Origin: Dehalococcoidia bacterium
Lineage (GTDB): Bacteria > Chloroflexota > Dehalococcoidia > GIF9 > UBA5629
Assembly (NCBI GenBank): GCA_016783155.1
Contig: JADHXB010000001.1
Location: forward strand, 1,228-65,227
Direction of reading: 5' to 3'
DNA length: 64,000 bases
The translations under genes were made by a program, and so were the position numbers. Of the stretch, positions 20,095-29,559 are shown piece after piece (within the stretch, counting starts at the first letter, position 1; every line of letters begins with the position of its first letter). The notes below the pieces were generated by a model that saw only the letters and a program-made list of their open reading frames with translations, did not search any database and was not told where the DNA came from.

Positions 20095-21660
20095 CTAATC
20101 CCTTAACTTGTGGCGCATTATCTTGCCGGTGCTGGTCTTGGGAAGGTCTTTAGCGAACTCTATCCACCTGGGATACTTATAAGGCGCTATGTTTTTCTTT
20201 ACAAATGCTTGAATATCCTTGGACAGATCCTCGGATGGCTGGTGACCTTTTTTCAGCACTATGTATGCCTTGGGCTTGATTAGATTATGCTCGTCCTTCT
20301 TAGCAACTACGGCGGCTTCGAGCACTGCGGGGTGGGAAATCAAGGCATCTTCGACCTCGATAGGGGAGACCCAAATGCCACCCACCTTGAGCATGTCATC
20401 GCCTCTGCCGCAGTAATAGTAGTAACCTTCGGCGTCCCTATAATACTTATCTCCAGTATCAAACCACTCTCCCAGCATGGAGGTTTTCCACTTATCGTGC
20501 TGGCGATAGTAATAGGCTGCGGTTGATTCTCCCTTTACCTGGAGCGTACCGATTTGACCGCCAGGCACTTCTTCACCATTATCATCGACAATCCTGGCGT
20601 GATATCCCGGTACTATTTTGCCCGAGCTTCCCGGCTTGACGTCACCCGGACGATTTGAAATAAAAATGTGTAACAGCTCAGTGGAGCCTATGCCATCCAG
20701 GATTTCTATACCAAACCGTCTTTTCCATTCATGGAAAATTTCCTGTGGCAGAGCCTCACCCGCTGAGGTACAAATGCGCAGGGAGGAGAGGTCGTATTTT
20801 TTCTCGGCGTCTTCTATTCTCAGCATATTGGAGTACAGCGTTGGCACGCCGAAAAATGCTGTGGGATGATAATGATTGATGGTGGCGAATATGGCTTCTG
20901 GCCGGGGCCGGTCAGGGAGCAGAACTACCGATCCTCCGATGCCGAGGGGATAAAAGAAGCTGTTACCCAATCCGTAGGCAAAAAAGAATTTTGATGCCGA
21001 GAAGAGTATGTCGTCTTGGGTAAGCCCCAGTATCCCCTTGGCGTAGCTGTCAATGCAAGTGAAGACATCATGTTGAAGGTGAACAGCGGCTTTAGGAACG
21101 CCGGTGCTGCCGGAGGTGTAACCCCAGAAAGCGGTATCCTCGAAGGTGGTATAAGCCACATCAAGTTTATCGGAACAGCGGTTAACGATGTCGTAGAATG
21201 AGATATGATAAGCCCTTGCTTTCTTGCCTACGATGATAGTGTTTTCCAGATATAGAAACCTGTCCTTGAAGCCTTCAATCTCCTCAATAAAATCCTCATC
21301 GGCTATAAGAGTTCGTGCCCGGCTATTGTTCAGCAGATAGCGATAGTCGTGCATGGTGTACATGTAGTTAACCGGTACAGGAATAGCTCCGATTTTTATG
21401 GCGCCATAAAAGCTGGCCATAGCTTCAGGGCAATCGTACATGACCAGCATTACACGCTCTTCCATATGCACGCCGAGAATCTTCAGCGCGTTTCCTACCT
21501 TATTTATCAGGCTTTGCATTTCACTGAAGGTATAGGTCTTATCCTGGTAGTATACAGCCACTTTATCACCCAACCCCTTTTCTACCATTTCATCTATCAG
21601 TTTCGTAGTTACATTATAATATTGGGGAATAAAACTCTGGTATTTGTAGTGACTTTCCAT
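20095..21660 (-). CDS. aromatic acid-CoA ligase (benzoate/4-hydroxybenzoate-CoA ligase family, AMP-forming)
   Basis: AMP-binding motifs TSGSTGVPK and GEALPQEIFHEWKRRFGIEILDGIGSTE resemble benzoate-CoA ligases. ORF track starts at 21699, but the ATG at 21660 (MESHYK) has a perfect AAGGAGG RBS, so the start is placed there. Confidence 0.85.
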   Translation of the reverse strand: MESHYKYQSFIPQYYNVTTKLIDEMVEKGLGDKVAVYYQDKTYTFSEMQSLINKVGNALKILGVHMEERVMLVMYDCPEAMASFYGAIKIGAIPVPVNYMYTMHDYRYLLNNSRARTLIADEDFIEEIEGFKDRFLYLENTIIVGKKARAYHISFYDIVNRCSDKLDVAYTTFEDTAFWGYTSGSTGVPKAAVHLQHDVFTCIDSYAKGILGLTQDDILFSASKFFFAYGLGNSFFYPLGIGGSVVLLPDRPRPEAIFATINHYHPTAFFGVPTLYSNMLRIEDAEKKYDLSSLRICTSAGEALPQEIFHEWKRRFGIEILDGIGSTELLHIFISNRPGDVKPGSSGKIVPGYHARIVDDNGEEVPGGQIGTLQVKGESTAAYYYRQHDKWKTSMLGEWFDTGDKYYRDAEGYYYYCGRGDDMLKVGGIWVSPIEVEDALISHPAVLEAAVVAKKDEHNLIKPKAYIVLKKGHQPSEDLSKDIQAFVKKNIAPYKYPRWIEFAKDLPKTSTGKIMRHKLRD

Positions 21661-22039
21661 ATTGCCTCCTTTAGGTGGGGTACGGAAATATGATAGCAAA
21701 ATGGGATGAATTTAGCACTAAAGGGAATAAGAGGACAACCATATTTGGCTATGCTCGGGTGTAGCTTAATTTATTCATAATAAACATCTCACTGAGGAAG
21801 TCTCTTGATTATTTATCGACCACGTTCTTTTCTCCAGCCCCGGGGATATAATGTGCTACTGGCATTGCACCTTCGGCAATAATCACGGCATCTGGCTTTC
21901 GCAACAGCTTTGGCGTATACTTTGTTTAAAGTCTGCTGTTCAAGCTCAATTTGTTCGTGGTTGACATAATATATGCTGCTATAGGAGATAATAGTTGGTT
22001 TCAAAGAAGAGAAATACTTTTGAATGGGGGCGATTAAAG

Positions 22040-22408
22040 ATGGCAGGAATAAAGATAAAACAGGGAGAGGAACTCAATGGTCTGGGTGAGATGCTCAAGG
22101 AGATAATAGACGGGAATCTAAAAGACCCCAAAAAGTATAGAAGCGTTGAGAGGTTGAAGGCCAGTGTAGTTATAAGGGAGGCTACCAGTGGTGTGGCTAT
22201 TACGCTTCATTTCAAGCAGGGCGAGGTAGAGATACAGAATGATGCCGTTGATGAGCCAACAGCATGCATGGAAGCTGGATTTGAAAACCTGGCTTACATT
22301 AGCTCGGGGCAACTTAGTCCGATAAAAGCTATACTTACCGGGAAACTCAAGGCCAGTGGTAATCTATTAACATTGCTGAAGATTTCGAGCATAACGGTGC
22401 TGAAGTAG
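22040..22408 (+). CDS. SCP2 (sterol-carrier-protein-2-like) domain protein
   Basis: C-terminus AILTGKLKASGNLLTLLKI matches the SCP2 signature. Start uncertain between 21995 and 22040. Confidence 0.6.
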   Translation: MAGIKIKQGEELNGLGEMLKEIIDGNLKDPKKYRSVERLKASVVIREATSGVAITLHFKQGEVEIQNDAVDEPTACMEAGFENLAYISSGQLSPIKAILTGKLKASGNLLTLLKISSITVLK

Positions 22409-22572
22409 GGCAGTTTACTCCTTCTCGAGATGGGCTTTGAAACCTGGAATCTTTGCTTTTTAAAAAGTCAGTGCTGAGATGCAGAAGGGGGGTGGGAGTG
22501 GCTATTTAATAACTCTAGATTGACTCAGAAGAATGCTATAATTTGGAGTGAAGTTCTTTAGGAGGTTTGAAA

Positions 22573-22983
22573 ATGGCTATTTTGTTCGGATCACAGGAAT
22601 GGGCAGATAAGGTATGCGAAGAACTCAACAGCAGCCAGATTTACAAGGAGGCAGCCAAGAATTGGGAAGGAGATATGTACATCATCGTTGAGCCGGACGC
22701 AACTTTTAAGCAAAGAATCATTGTCTACTTCGACCTTTGGCATGGTGACTGCCGTTCCGCTTGTATAGTCAAAGATGAAAATGAGAAGTCACCGAAATAT
22801 CGAATCTGTGGCCCCTTCGCCATAATGAAGCAGATATTGGACAAAAAAGTAGACTCTGTCCAGGCGATGATGACGGGTAGGCTGAAAGTCAAGGGGGACA
22901 TGGCGCAAATCATGAGGATGCCCAGAGCCGCCGTAGAGTTTGTGAACGGTATGACCACGTTCGAAACCGTTTTCCCTGATTAA
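22573..22983 (+). CDS. SCP2 domain protein
   Basis: AMMTGRLKVKGDMAQIMRM SCP2 signature. AGGAGG RBS before the ATG at 22573; the ORF track starts two codons earlier at a TTG. Confidence 0.7.
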   Translation: MAILFGSQEWADKVCEELNSSQIYKEAAKNWEGDMYIIVEPDATFKQRIIVYFDLWHGDCRSACIVKDENEKSPKYRICGPFAIMKQILDKKVDSVQAMMTGRLKVKGDMAQIMRMPRAAVEFVNGMTTFETVFPD

Positions 22984-23050
22984 CTAGAATCGAACTTTGA
23001 ACTGAATTTAGGTGACTTCAGGCCTTTGAACTTTTGTAGAGGAGATAGCT

Positions 23051-24217
23051 ATGTGGTACTTTGTTGTTCCTGAGGTGGTTTTTGGGCAAGATGCGCTAAC
23101 TCGTTTGGCTGAGTTGCAGGGAAAGTCAGCTTTCATAGTCACTGATAAAAATATAGTAAGTTTGGGCTTCGTTGACAAGGTAAAGGAGCAGCTTTCTCAG
23201 GCGGGAATCAAAAGTAACGTTTTTGACGAGGTTGAGCCCGACCCATCGCTCCAGACGGTAAAGAAAGGCGTGGCCTTAATGAACCAGTACGGGCCGGACT
23301 TGGTGGTGGCGGTGGGTGGGGGCTCAGTTATGGATGCAGCTAAGGCAATGCGGGTAGAATACGAAAGGCCAGACTTGAAGGCAGAAGAGATAAACCCGTT
23401 CATTTCAGATTTGGGGCTAGGTGCAAAGTGCAAACTTGTTTGTATACCCACAACTTCAGGAACAGGTGCCGAAGCAACCTTTGCCATAGTGCTTACCGAC
23501 ACAGATGACCAGAGGAAGCTAAGCCTTATCAACCGCGAGATTGCCACTGATATAGCCATTGTGGATCCTGCCCTTGCTGCAGCAATGCCTGCGGGGCTTA
23601 CTTCGAGTACAGGCATGGATGTCCTGACCCATGCTGTGGAGGCATTTAGCTGTACCTGGAAGAACGATTTTACTGATGGCCTTTGTATCAGGGCTATTCA
23701 GCTTGTTTTTGAATACCTTCCCAGAGCCGTAAAAGATGGGCAGGACATGGAAGCCAGAGAGAAGATGCATAATGCTGCCACTATTGCCGGTATCGGCTTT
23801 ACCAATTCGCTCACGGCAATGGCACATGCTACTGGCCATTCTCTGGGGGCTGTATTCCACGTGCCACATGGTAGGGCTGTGGGGTTGCTATTGCCCTATA
23901 CTATTGAGTTCGTTGGAGACATTCGTGAAGATATCTGGGCGGAGATAAGTTATGCCCTTAAGCTTAATATACCAAAGGGGGAAAAAGCAGGACTGGTTCT
24001 AGCCCGGGCGATACGAGGACTGGCTAACAGTATTAAGGAGCCGTTGAGCCTCAAAGAGTTGGGTATACCAGTTGATAAGCTTGATAGTTCTATGGATAAA
24101 CTAATAGACAATGCTATGGCGGATGGTTCATTGATTGTTAGTGCCAGAGTGCCTAGTGTTGCAGAAACTGAAAAGTTCCTCCGCTATGCGTACGAGGGAA
24201 AATCCATAGATTTTTAA
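23051..24217 (+). CDS. iron-containing (group III) alcohol dehydrogenase
   Basis: 388 aa. GGGSVMDAAKA NAD-binding motif and His-rich metal site (HAxxH...HG) typical of Fe-ADH. GAGGAG RBS. Confidence 0.85.
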   Translation: MWYFVVPEVVFGQDALTRLAELQGKSAFIVTDKNIVSLGFVDKVKEQLSQAGIKSNVFDEVEPDPSLQTVKKGVALMNQYGPDLVVAVGGGSVMDAAKAMRVEYERPDLKAEEINPFISDLGLGAKCKLVCIPTTSGTGAEATFAIVLTDTDDQRKLSLINREIATDIAIVDPALAAAMPAGLTSSTGMDVLTHAVEAFSCTWKNDFTDGLCIRAIQLVFEYLPRAVKDGQDMEAREKMHNAATIAGIGFTNSLTAMAHATGHSLGAVFHVPHGRAVGLLLPYTIEFVGDIREDIWAEISYALKLNIPKGEKAGLVLARAIRGLANSIKEPLSLKELGIPVDKLDSSMDKLIDNAMADGSLIVSARVPSVAETEKFLRYAYEGKSIDF

Positions 24218-24282
24218 CCTACATAGTTCGGCTATGTTAACTAAAAGAAATTCCGGGAGGGAACCATAAGGAGGTAAGGGCA

Positions 24283-24546
24283 ATGCCACGCTTTCTAGTT
24301 GTTCACACAGCACCGTTTACTGCAGAGGAGTTGATTGCACGTGCCAAGGCCGCACCCAGTTACATGCCAAAAGACGTCACTTGGAGGTGTAGCTACTGTG
24401 CCTTCAAAGACAACAAGCACTTCTGTGAGTGGGAGGCACCTGATGAGAAGATACTCAGACGAGTCCTTGACCTAACGAAAACGCCGTTTGAGGCAATTTA
24501 TCCTGTGCGGCGACTTGATATTGCCAAAGCAGAATTTGAGACGTGA
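24283..24546 (+). CDS. small DUF4242-like (SCO4226-type) protein
   Basis: 87 aa. MPRFLVVHT...TAEEL...YC...APDE pattern reminiscent of the DUF4242 nickel-binding-like family. AAGGAGG RBS. Assigned from memory only. Confidence 0.4.
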   Translation: MPRFLVVHTAPFTAEELIARAKAAPSYMPKDVTWRCSYCAFKDNKHFCEWEAPDEKILRRVLDLTKTPFEAIYPVRRLDIAKAEFET

Positions 24547-24593
24547 TAAAGCTCATTTTCAGGGTACATGCGAGTGAATAAAAGGGGGCAACT

Positions 24594-26450
24594 ATGTTTG
24601 GCTACATGGGAAAAATCTTGAGAGTTGATTTGTCGGAGTCGAAAATATCGGAGGAGGCTCTTTCGGAGGATGCGTGCAAGATGTTTCTGGGTGGGAGCGG
24701 GCTGGCAACCAAGTACCTCTTTGATGAAGTGCCAAAAGGTGCTGACCCATTAGGCCCGGACAATGAGCTGATCTTTATGACCGGACCTTTAACCGGGACG
24801 GAATCACCGAGTGCTGGAAGATATTCTGTCGTTGCCAAGTCTCCTCTTACCGGCTTTTGGGGCGAGGCAAATTCAGGCGGAAATTGGGGAGTTTATCTTA
24901 AAATTTCAGGCTTTGATGGGATTATCTTCAAGGGTATTTCACCGAAGCCGGTCTATCTGGTGATCGATGATGGAAAAGCTGAGCTTAGAGATGCCAAGGA
25001 TATCTGGGGCAAAAGTGTTTCAGAAACGACAAGAATGCTACAAGAGGAGCTGGGTGAGGACTGCAATGTTGCCTGCATTGGGATTGCCGGTGAGAATCTA
25101 GTTAGATATGCCGGTATTATTAACGATGTTCACCGTGCTGCGGGGAGGTGTGGTCTGGGTACTGTTATGGGCTCAAAACGCCTGAAAGCTATTGCTGCCA
25201 GAGGGACACAGGAGATCAAGGTGGCAAATAAGGACGTCTTCAGTAAAATCTCAAAGACAAATTATGACTTGGTTAATGAGAGTATGTTGAAGATTACACT
25301 TGAAACGTATGGAACCTCTATGACCACTGATTTGATTAATGTTAGAGGTGGATTTCCTACCAGGAACTGGCAAACTGGGGTTTTTCCTGACATAGAAAAA
25401 ATAAGTGGAATTACGCTGGAAAGCACACTCCTGGTGGACAGGAAGCATTGTTACGCCTGCCCAATTAGCTGTGGAAGGGTAAGCGTAGTTAAAAGCGGCC
25501 CCTATGCCTGCAAGGGTGAAGGGCCGGAATTTGAGACCATCGGCGCGTTCGGTGCCATGTGCGCAGTCGAGAGTCTGGAGGCTATAACGCTGGCACATAA
25601 CTTGTGTGACGAGTATGGGCTGGATGTGATCTCTACGGGGAGTACAATAGCCTTTGCCATGGAGTGCTACGAAAGGGGAATGCTGACCAAGACTGATACC
25701 GGTGGGCTTGAATTGAGATTTGGAGACGCCGATGTTGTCATTCAGCTTATACATATGATAGCCAAGAGAGAAGGCATCGGAGATTTACTAGCTGAAGGAA
25801 CAAAGAGGATGGCGGAAAAGGTTGACAAGGGCTCGGAGAGATTTGCCATGCATGTTAAGGGCCTGGAGTTGCCGGCCTATGACCCCAGGGCGGCTAAGAT
25901 ATGCGGTCTGGCATTTGCTACGGCAAATCGTGGTGGCGACCACATCACAGCTTATATCGAAGGCCCAGCCTTTATCGATATTCCTTTCCTCATCGTTGAA
26001 GACAGCAGAATCGAGGACCCGATTGTGGAAAATCCTGCCGAGGCTAAAGTCGTTAAAGACTTAGAGGATGCCCTGACAGTTTTTGACTCGGTGGGGACAT
26101 GTAAATTCATGGGTATGGCCCTGGCTACGGATGATTGGGTTGATATGATAGCTAATTGCGTCGGCTGGGAGTTTAATGTCAGTGATTTCAGGAAAGCTGG
26201 AGAGAGGGTCTATAACCTGGCAAGAGCTTTCAGTGTAAGAGAAGGATTGACCAGGGCTGATGATACGCTGCCCAAGCGGTTGTTGGAAGAGCCATTGCCT
26301 GAAGGTGCTGCCGAAGGACATAGAGTGGAGAAGTTGGACCAGTCGCTGGATGCCTATTATGAATTTCGCGGCTGGGATAAAAAGACCGGCAAGCCGACTC
26401 CGGAGAAACTTAAGGAATTGGGTCTGGGTGACATAATAGATAAAATGTAA
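24594..26450 (+). CDS. aor: aldehyde:ferredoxin oxidoreductase (AOR family) #2
   Basis: 618 aa. N-terminus MFGYMGKILRVDLSE and full-length similarity to the other AOR paralogs. Confidence 0.92.
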   Translation: MFGYMGKILRVDLSESKISEEALSEDACKMFLGGSGLATKYLFDEVPKGADPLGPDNELIFMTGPLTGTESPSAGRYSVVAKSPLTGFWGEANSGGNWGVYLKISGFDGIIFKGISPKPVYLVIDDGKAELRDAKDIWGKSVSETTRMLQEELGEDCNVACIGIAGENLVRYAGIINDVHRAAGRCGLGTVMGSKRLKAIAARGTQEIKVANKDVFSKISKTNYDLVNESMLKITLETYGTSMTTDLINVRGGFPTRNWQTGVFPDIEKISGITLESTLLVDRKHCYACPISCGRVSVVKSGPYACKGEGPEFETIGAFGAMCAVESLEAITLAHNLCDEYGLDVISTGSTIAFAMECYERGMLTKTDTGGLELRFGDADVVIQLIHMIAKREGIGDLLAEGTKRMAEKVDKGSERFAMHVKGLELPAYDPRAAKICGLAFATANRGGDHITAYIEGPAFIDIPFLIVEDSRIEDPIVENPAEAKVVKDLEDALTVFDSVGTCKFMGMALATDDWVDMIANCVGWEFNVSDFRKAGERVYNLARAFSVREGLTRADDTLPKRLLEEPLPEGAAEGHRVEKLDQSLDAYYEFRGWDKKTGKPTPEKLKELGLGDIIDKM

Positions 26451-26460
26451 GGAATATGAA

Positions 26461-28149
26461 ATGATGGTTTCTGTGGCTGATAAACCATGGTTCAAAAGTT
26501 ACAAGCTAGGACCATATAAACTCCCTCAGACAAAACAACCTTATCCTGTGGCAACTATTCATAGCCTTCTGGACGCTGCAGCGGCTGAGTATCCTGATAA
26601 CCCTGTGTGTTTCTATCTGGGAAACGAAATTAGCTATAAAGACTTGAAGCTGGAGGCAGATAGGTTTGCCGCTGCACTTGCTGATTTGGGCATAAGAAAG
26701 GGCGATAAAGTAGCCACTATCTTGCCCAACTGCCCGCAGTACCTAATCAGCGATTTTGGGATATTGAAAGCTGGAGCGGTGCATGTTCCGTGCAGCATTT
26801 TGCACAAAGCCGCTGATTTGATATACGAGATCGGCGACTCAGGAGCTGAGACGGTAATCTGCTCTGAAATGTCTATCGAACTGGTCAATTCAATAAAAGA
26901 CAAGACCAAAATCGAGAGGATAATCCTTACCTCTCTCATGGATTATTCGCTGGAGAAGCCAGAGTTGAAGCAGGTGCCGGGCGCATATCAGTTTCGCGAT
27001 TTGATAGCCAGCCATGAGCCCAACCTGCCGGATGTTGAAATCGACCCGATGGCAGATTTAGCCGTCCTGGTATTCACCGGTGGAGCTACCGGGCTGCCCA
27101 AGGGGGTAATGTTAACTCACTACAACCGACTGGCAGCTATAACCCATGTCGTGTGGTACATGGAACCCCTGAAGGTAGGAGTTAAAGGGAAAACCTCTAT
27201 GATGTTGCCGATTCCGCTGTTCCATCAGTATGGCCACATGATGATGCATTTTGCTGTTTACTGGGGGCTCAAGATGTATCTGCTGCCTGACCCAAGAGAT
27301 ATAGATACACTTTTCCAGCTGTTGACAAAATATCGGCCTTTCCTATGTGCCTGTGTGCCCACTCAATACTCGATACTGGTTTCGAAAGGGCTGGGAAGGA
27401 TAAACACTATGTTCATGTCCGGTGCCGCTGCCCTGGCTCCAGAAATTGCCCAGAAGTTCAAGCAGCAAACCGGCATGCCGATAACGGAGGCTTATGGTCT
27501 GACGGAGACGGCGGGTGGAGGCACCCATATTAACCTATCTTCCTTCTCAAAAATCACTGGTTTTGTGTCTGCCGAAAACCTTGGTTCCATAGGCATACCA
27601 GTGCCGGATACAGAAGTCAAAATAATAGACCTGGAGACAAACGAGGAGGCATCTCCCGGAAAAGAGGGAGAGCTGTGGGTTCGTGGCCCACAGGTTATGA
27701 AAGGTTACTGGCCTGAACTGGGCAAAGGGTTGGTTGATGGCTGGCTGGCCACCGGTGATGTGATGAGGATGGATGATGCCGGCTATTTCTATATCACAGA
27801 CCGTATCAAAGATATGGCAAATGTTTCCGGATTTAAAGTCTACACAAGGCTGGTGGACGATGTGCTTTATGAACATCCCGCGGTTGCTGATGGGGTGGCA
27901 ATCGGAATTCCAGACCCGGAGCGCCCGGGCAGCGATAGGATAAAGGCTTTCATAAGATTGAAACCGGAGTATGAAGGCAAGGTGACTGCTGAAGATATAA
28001 TCGGCCATTGCCGTGAGAAGCTGCCGCCTTATGCTGTGCCGAGGTTTGTTGACTTCAGGAAAGACTTGCCTCTGACTGTTACGGAGAAGATCTTCAAGAG
28101 GCAACTAAGGGAGGAGGAGATAGCTAAGATGAAAGCTAAAACCGAATAG
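26461..28149 (+). CDS. AMP-dependent acyl-CoA synthetase (FadD-like)
   Basis: 562 aa. AMP-binding motifs FTGGATGLPKGV and YGLTETAGGG, plus a C-terminal PKT...GKI-type region. Lies 10 nt after the AOR#2 stop. Confidence 0.85.
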   Translation: MMVSVADKPWFKSYKLGPYKLPQTKQPYPVATIHSLLDAAAAEYPDNPVCFYLGNEISYKDLKLEADRFAAALADLGIRKGDKVATILPNCPQYLISDFGILKAGAVHVPCSILHKAADLIYEIGDSGAETVICSEMSIELVNSIKDKTKIERIILTSLMDYSLEKPELKQVPGAYQFRDLIASHEPNLPDVEIDPMADLAVLVFTGGATGLPKGVMLTHYNRLAAITHVVWYMEPLKVGVKGKTSMMLPIPLFHQYGHMMMHFAVYWGLKMYLLPDPRDIDTLFQLLTKYRPFLCACVPTQYSILVSKGLGRINTMFMSGAAALAPEIAQKFKQQTGMPITEAYGLTETAGGGTHINLSSFSKITGFVSAENLGSIGIPVPDTEVKIIDLETNEEASPGKEGELWVRGPQVMKGYWPELGKGLVDGWLATGDVMRMDDAGYFYITDRIKDMANVSGFKVYTRLVDDVLYEHPAVADGVAIGIPDPERPGSDRIKAFIRLKPEYEGKVTAEDIIGHCREKLPPYAVPRFVDFRKDLPLTVTEKIFKRQLREEEIAKMKAKTE

Positions 28150-28173
28150 CGGCTTTCGGGATATTTCACATTT

Positions 28174-29286
28174 ATGGCGAGTTACGAAGACTTAGAAGCC
28201 AAAGTAATAAATACCGGTATATGTACAGTTTGTGGGGCATGCATTTTAGCGTGCCCCACCTCACATGTTAAGTTTATAGAAGGTAAGCCGACGAGGTCCA
28301 AGAGGGCAATGGACTGTGTCGGCTGCAGTACTTGCTACGAAGCTTGTTATATGCTCAGGCATGATTTGATAAGGAACATAGAGGGGAATATTCTGGGTTG
28401 GGGCAAGAAGGACAGCGTTGGGATATACAAGCGTATCGTGGTGGCAAGGACAAGAGAGCAAGACATAAAGAAAGCTTGCCAGGACGGTGGAATCGTAACT
28501 GCGTTGTTAATTTATGCGTTAGGTAAGTCCATTATAGATGGGGCTTTGGCGGTCGGCAGTGATTCCTGGATGCCGGTAGCCAGTATCGCCAAAACCAGAG
28601 ATGATGTTATATTAGCCGCCGGCACCAAATACGGTGTAGTACCGGTGTTGAAGGAGCTGAGGTCTGCTGTTATCGACCATGGTCTCAGCAAAATCTGCGT
28701 CGTAGGCTCGCCCTGCCATATTCAGTCTGTAAGATATCTCAAGCACAAAGGCTTGCCATTAGCCTCGTCGGTTAAACTCACCGTGAGCTTGTTCTGCCGC
28801 GAGAATTATGACTACCAGTGCATGATGGAAAAAGCCAACGAGAAAGGGCTAAATGTTGATCAGATAGACAAGCTCAATGTTGCGGAGGAGTTTAGTGTAT
28901 ATGCTGGCGGGAAGAGATTATCCTTTCCTATAACTGAGGTTAAGAGCTGTGTCCCTAAGCACTGCCTGGTTTGCGAAGATTTCGCCGGCGAACTGGCTGA
29001 TGTCTCCATCGGTAGTGATGGCTCACCCGAAGGATGGTCGACGGTTATCATCAGAACTGAGGAGGGGGAGGCTGTTTTTTCGGGTCTTGAAACAGAAGGT
29101 CTTGTAGAGACAAAGGTGGGGGGTGACCTGGTTTACATAAAGGAAATAGCCCAGAGGAAAAAGGAGAAAGGGAAGCAGACGAAGGACATCTTCAAACTGA
29201 AAGAAGGAGGGTTAGGTGGGAAGGAGATTGCGGCCAAACTCGGGATAACGGAGGATAGGGTATCCTACAGGCTGGAGGGGTTATAG
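28174..29286 (+). CDS. FrhB/FdhB-family flavo-iron-sulfur protein (N-terminal 2x[4Fe-4S] ferredoxin + F420-hydrogenase-beta-like domain) with C-terminal HTH-like tail
   Basis: 370 aa. Two CxxCxxCxxxCP motifs. QDGGIVTALL matches the FrhB_N signature. The last ~30 aa (GGKEIAAKLGITEDRVSYRLEGL) resemble a LuxR/sigma-70-region-4 helix-turn-helix. Confidence 0.65.
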   Translation: MASYEDLEAKVINTGICTVCGACILACPTSHVKFIEGKPTRSKRAMDCVGCSTCYEACYMLRHDLIRNIEGNILGWGKKDSVGIYKRIVVARTREQDIKKACQDGGIVTALLIYALGKSIIDGALAVGSDSWMPVASIAKTRDDVILAAGTKYGVVPVLKELRSAVIDHGLSKICVVGSPCHIQSVRYLKHKGLPLASSVKLTVSLFCRENYDYQCMMEKANEKGLNVDQIDKLNVAEEFSVYAGGKRLSFPITEVKSCVPKHCLVCEDFAGELADVSIGSDGSPEGWSTVIIRTEEGEAVFSGLETEGLVETKVGGDLVYIKEIAQRKKEKGKQTKDIFKLKEGGLGGKEIAAKLGITEDRVSYRLEGL

Positions 29287-29559
29287 TGATAAATACCAGG
29301 TTCCCAAAATACCAACATTCGAATTTAGTAGCCCGTGCAGGAATCGGGCCCGCAACACCGTGATTAAAAGGAAGAGGCTGGCTCTTAATACTTAAAATCA
29401 CGTATGATATAATCCATCTGCGGGAAGTGCTCCAGGAATCAGAAGAATGCTGAATTGGCGTGAATTTGAAGCTTGTAACAGAGCTTTTCAAAATTAAGTG
29501 ACCTTAGGGTTTGTAATTTCAGAGGCTTCATAGCTTAAGCGAAAAAAGGAGATATTTAG

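Noticed and set aside
21813-22004. 63-aa minus-strand ORF between the CoA-ligase and SCP2 genes
   Set aside because: No RBS, overlaps the 5' region of the SCP2 gene, and has an arbitrary composition. Probably non-coding intergenic sequence.
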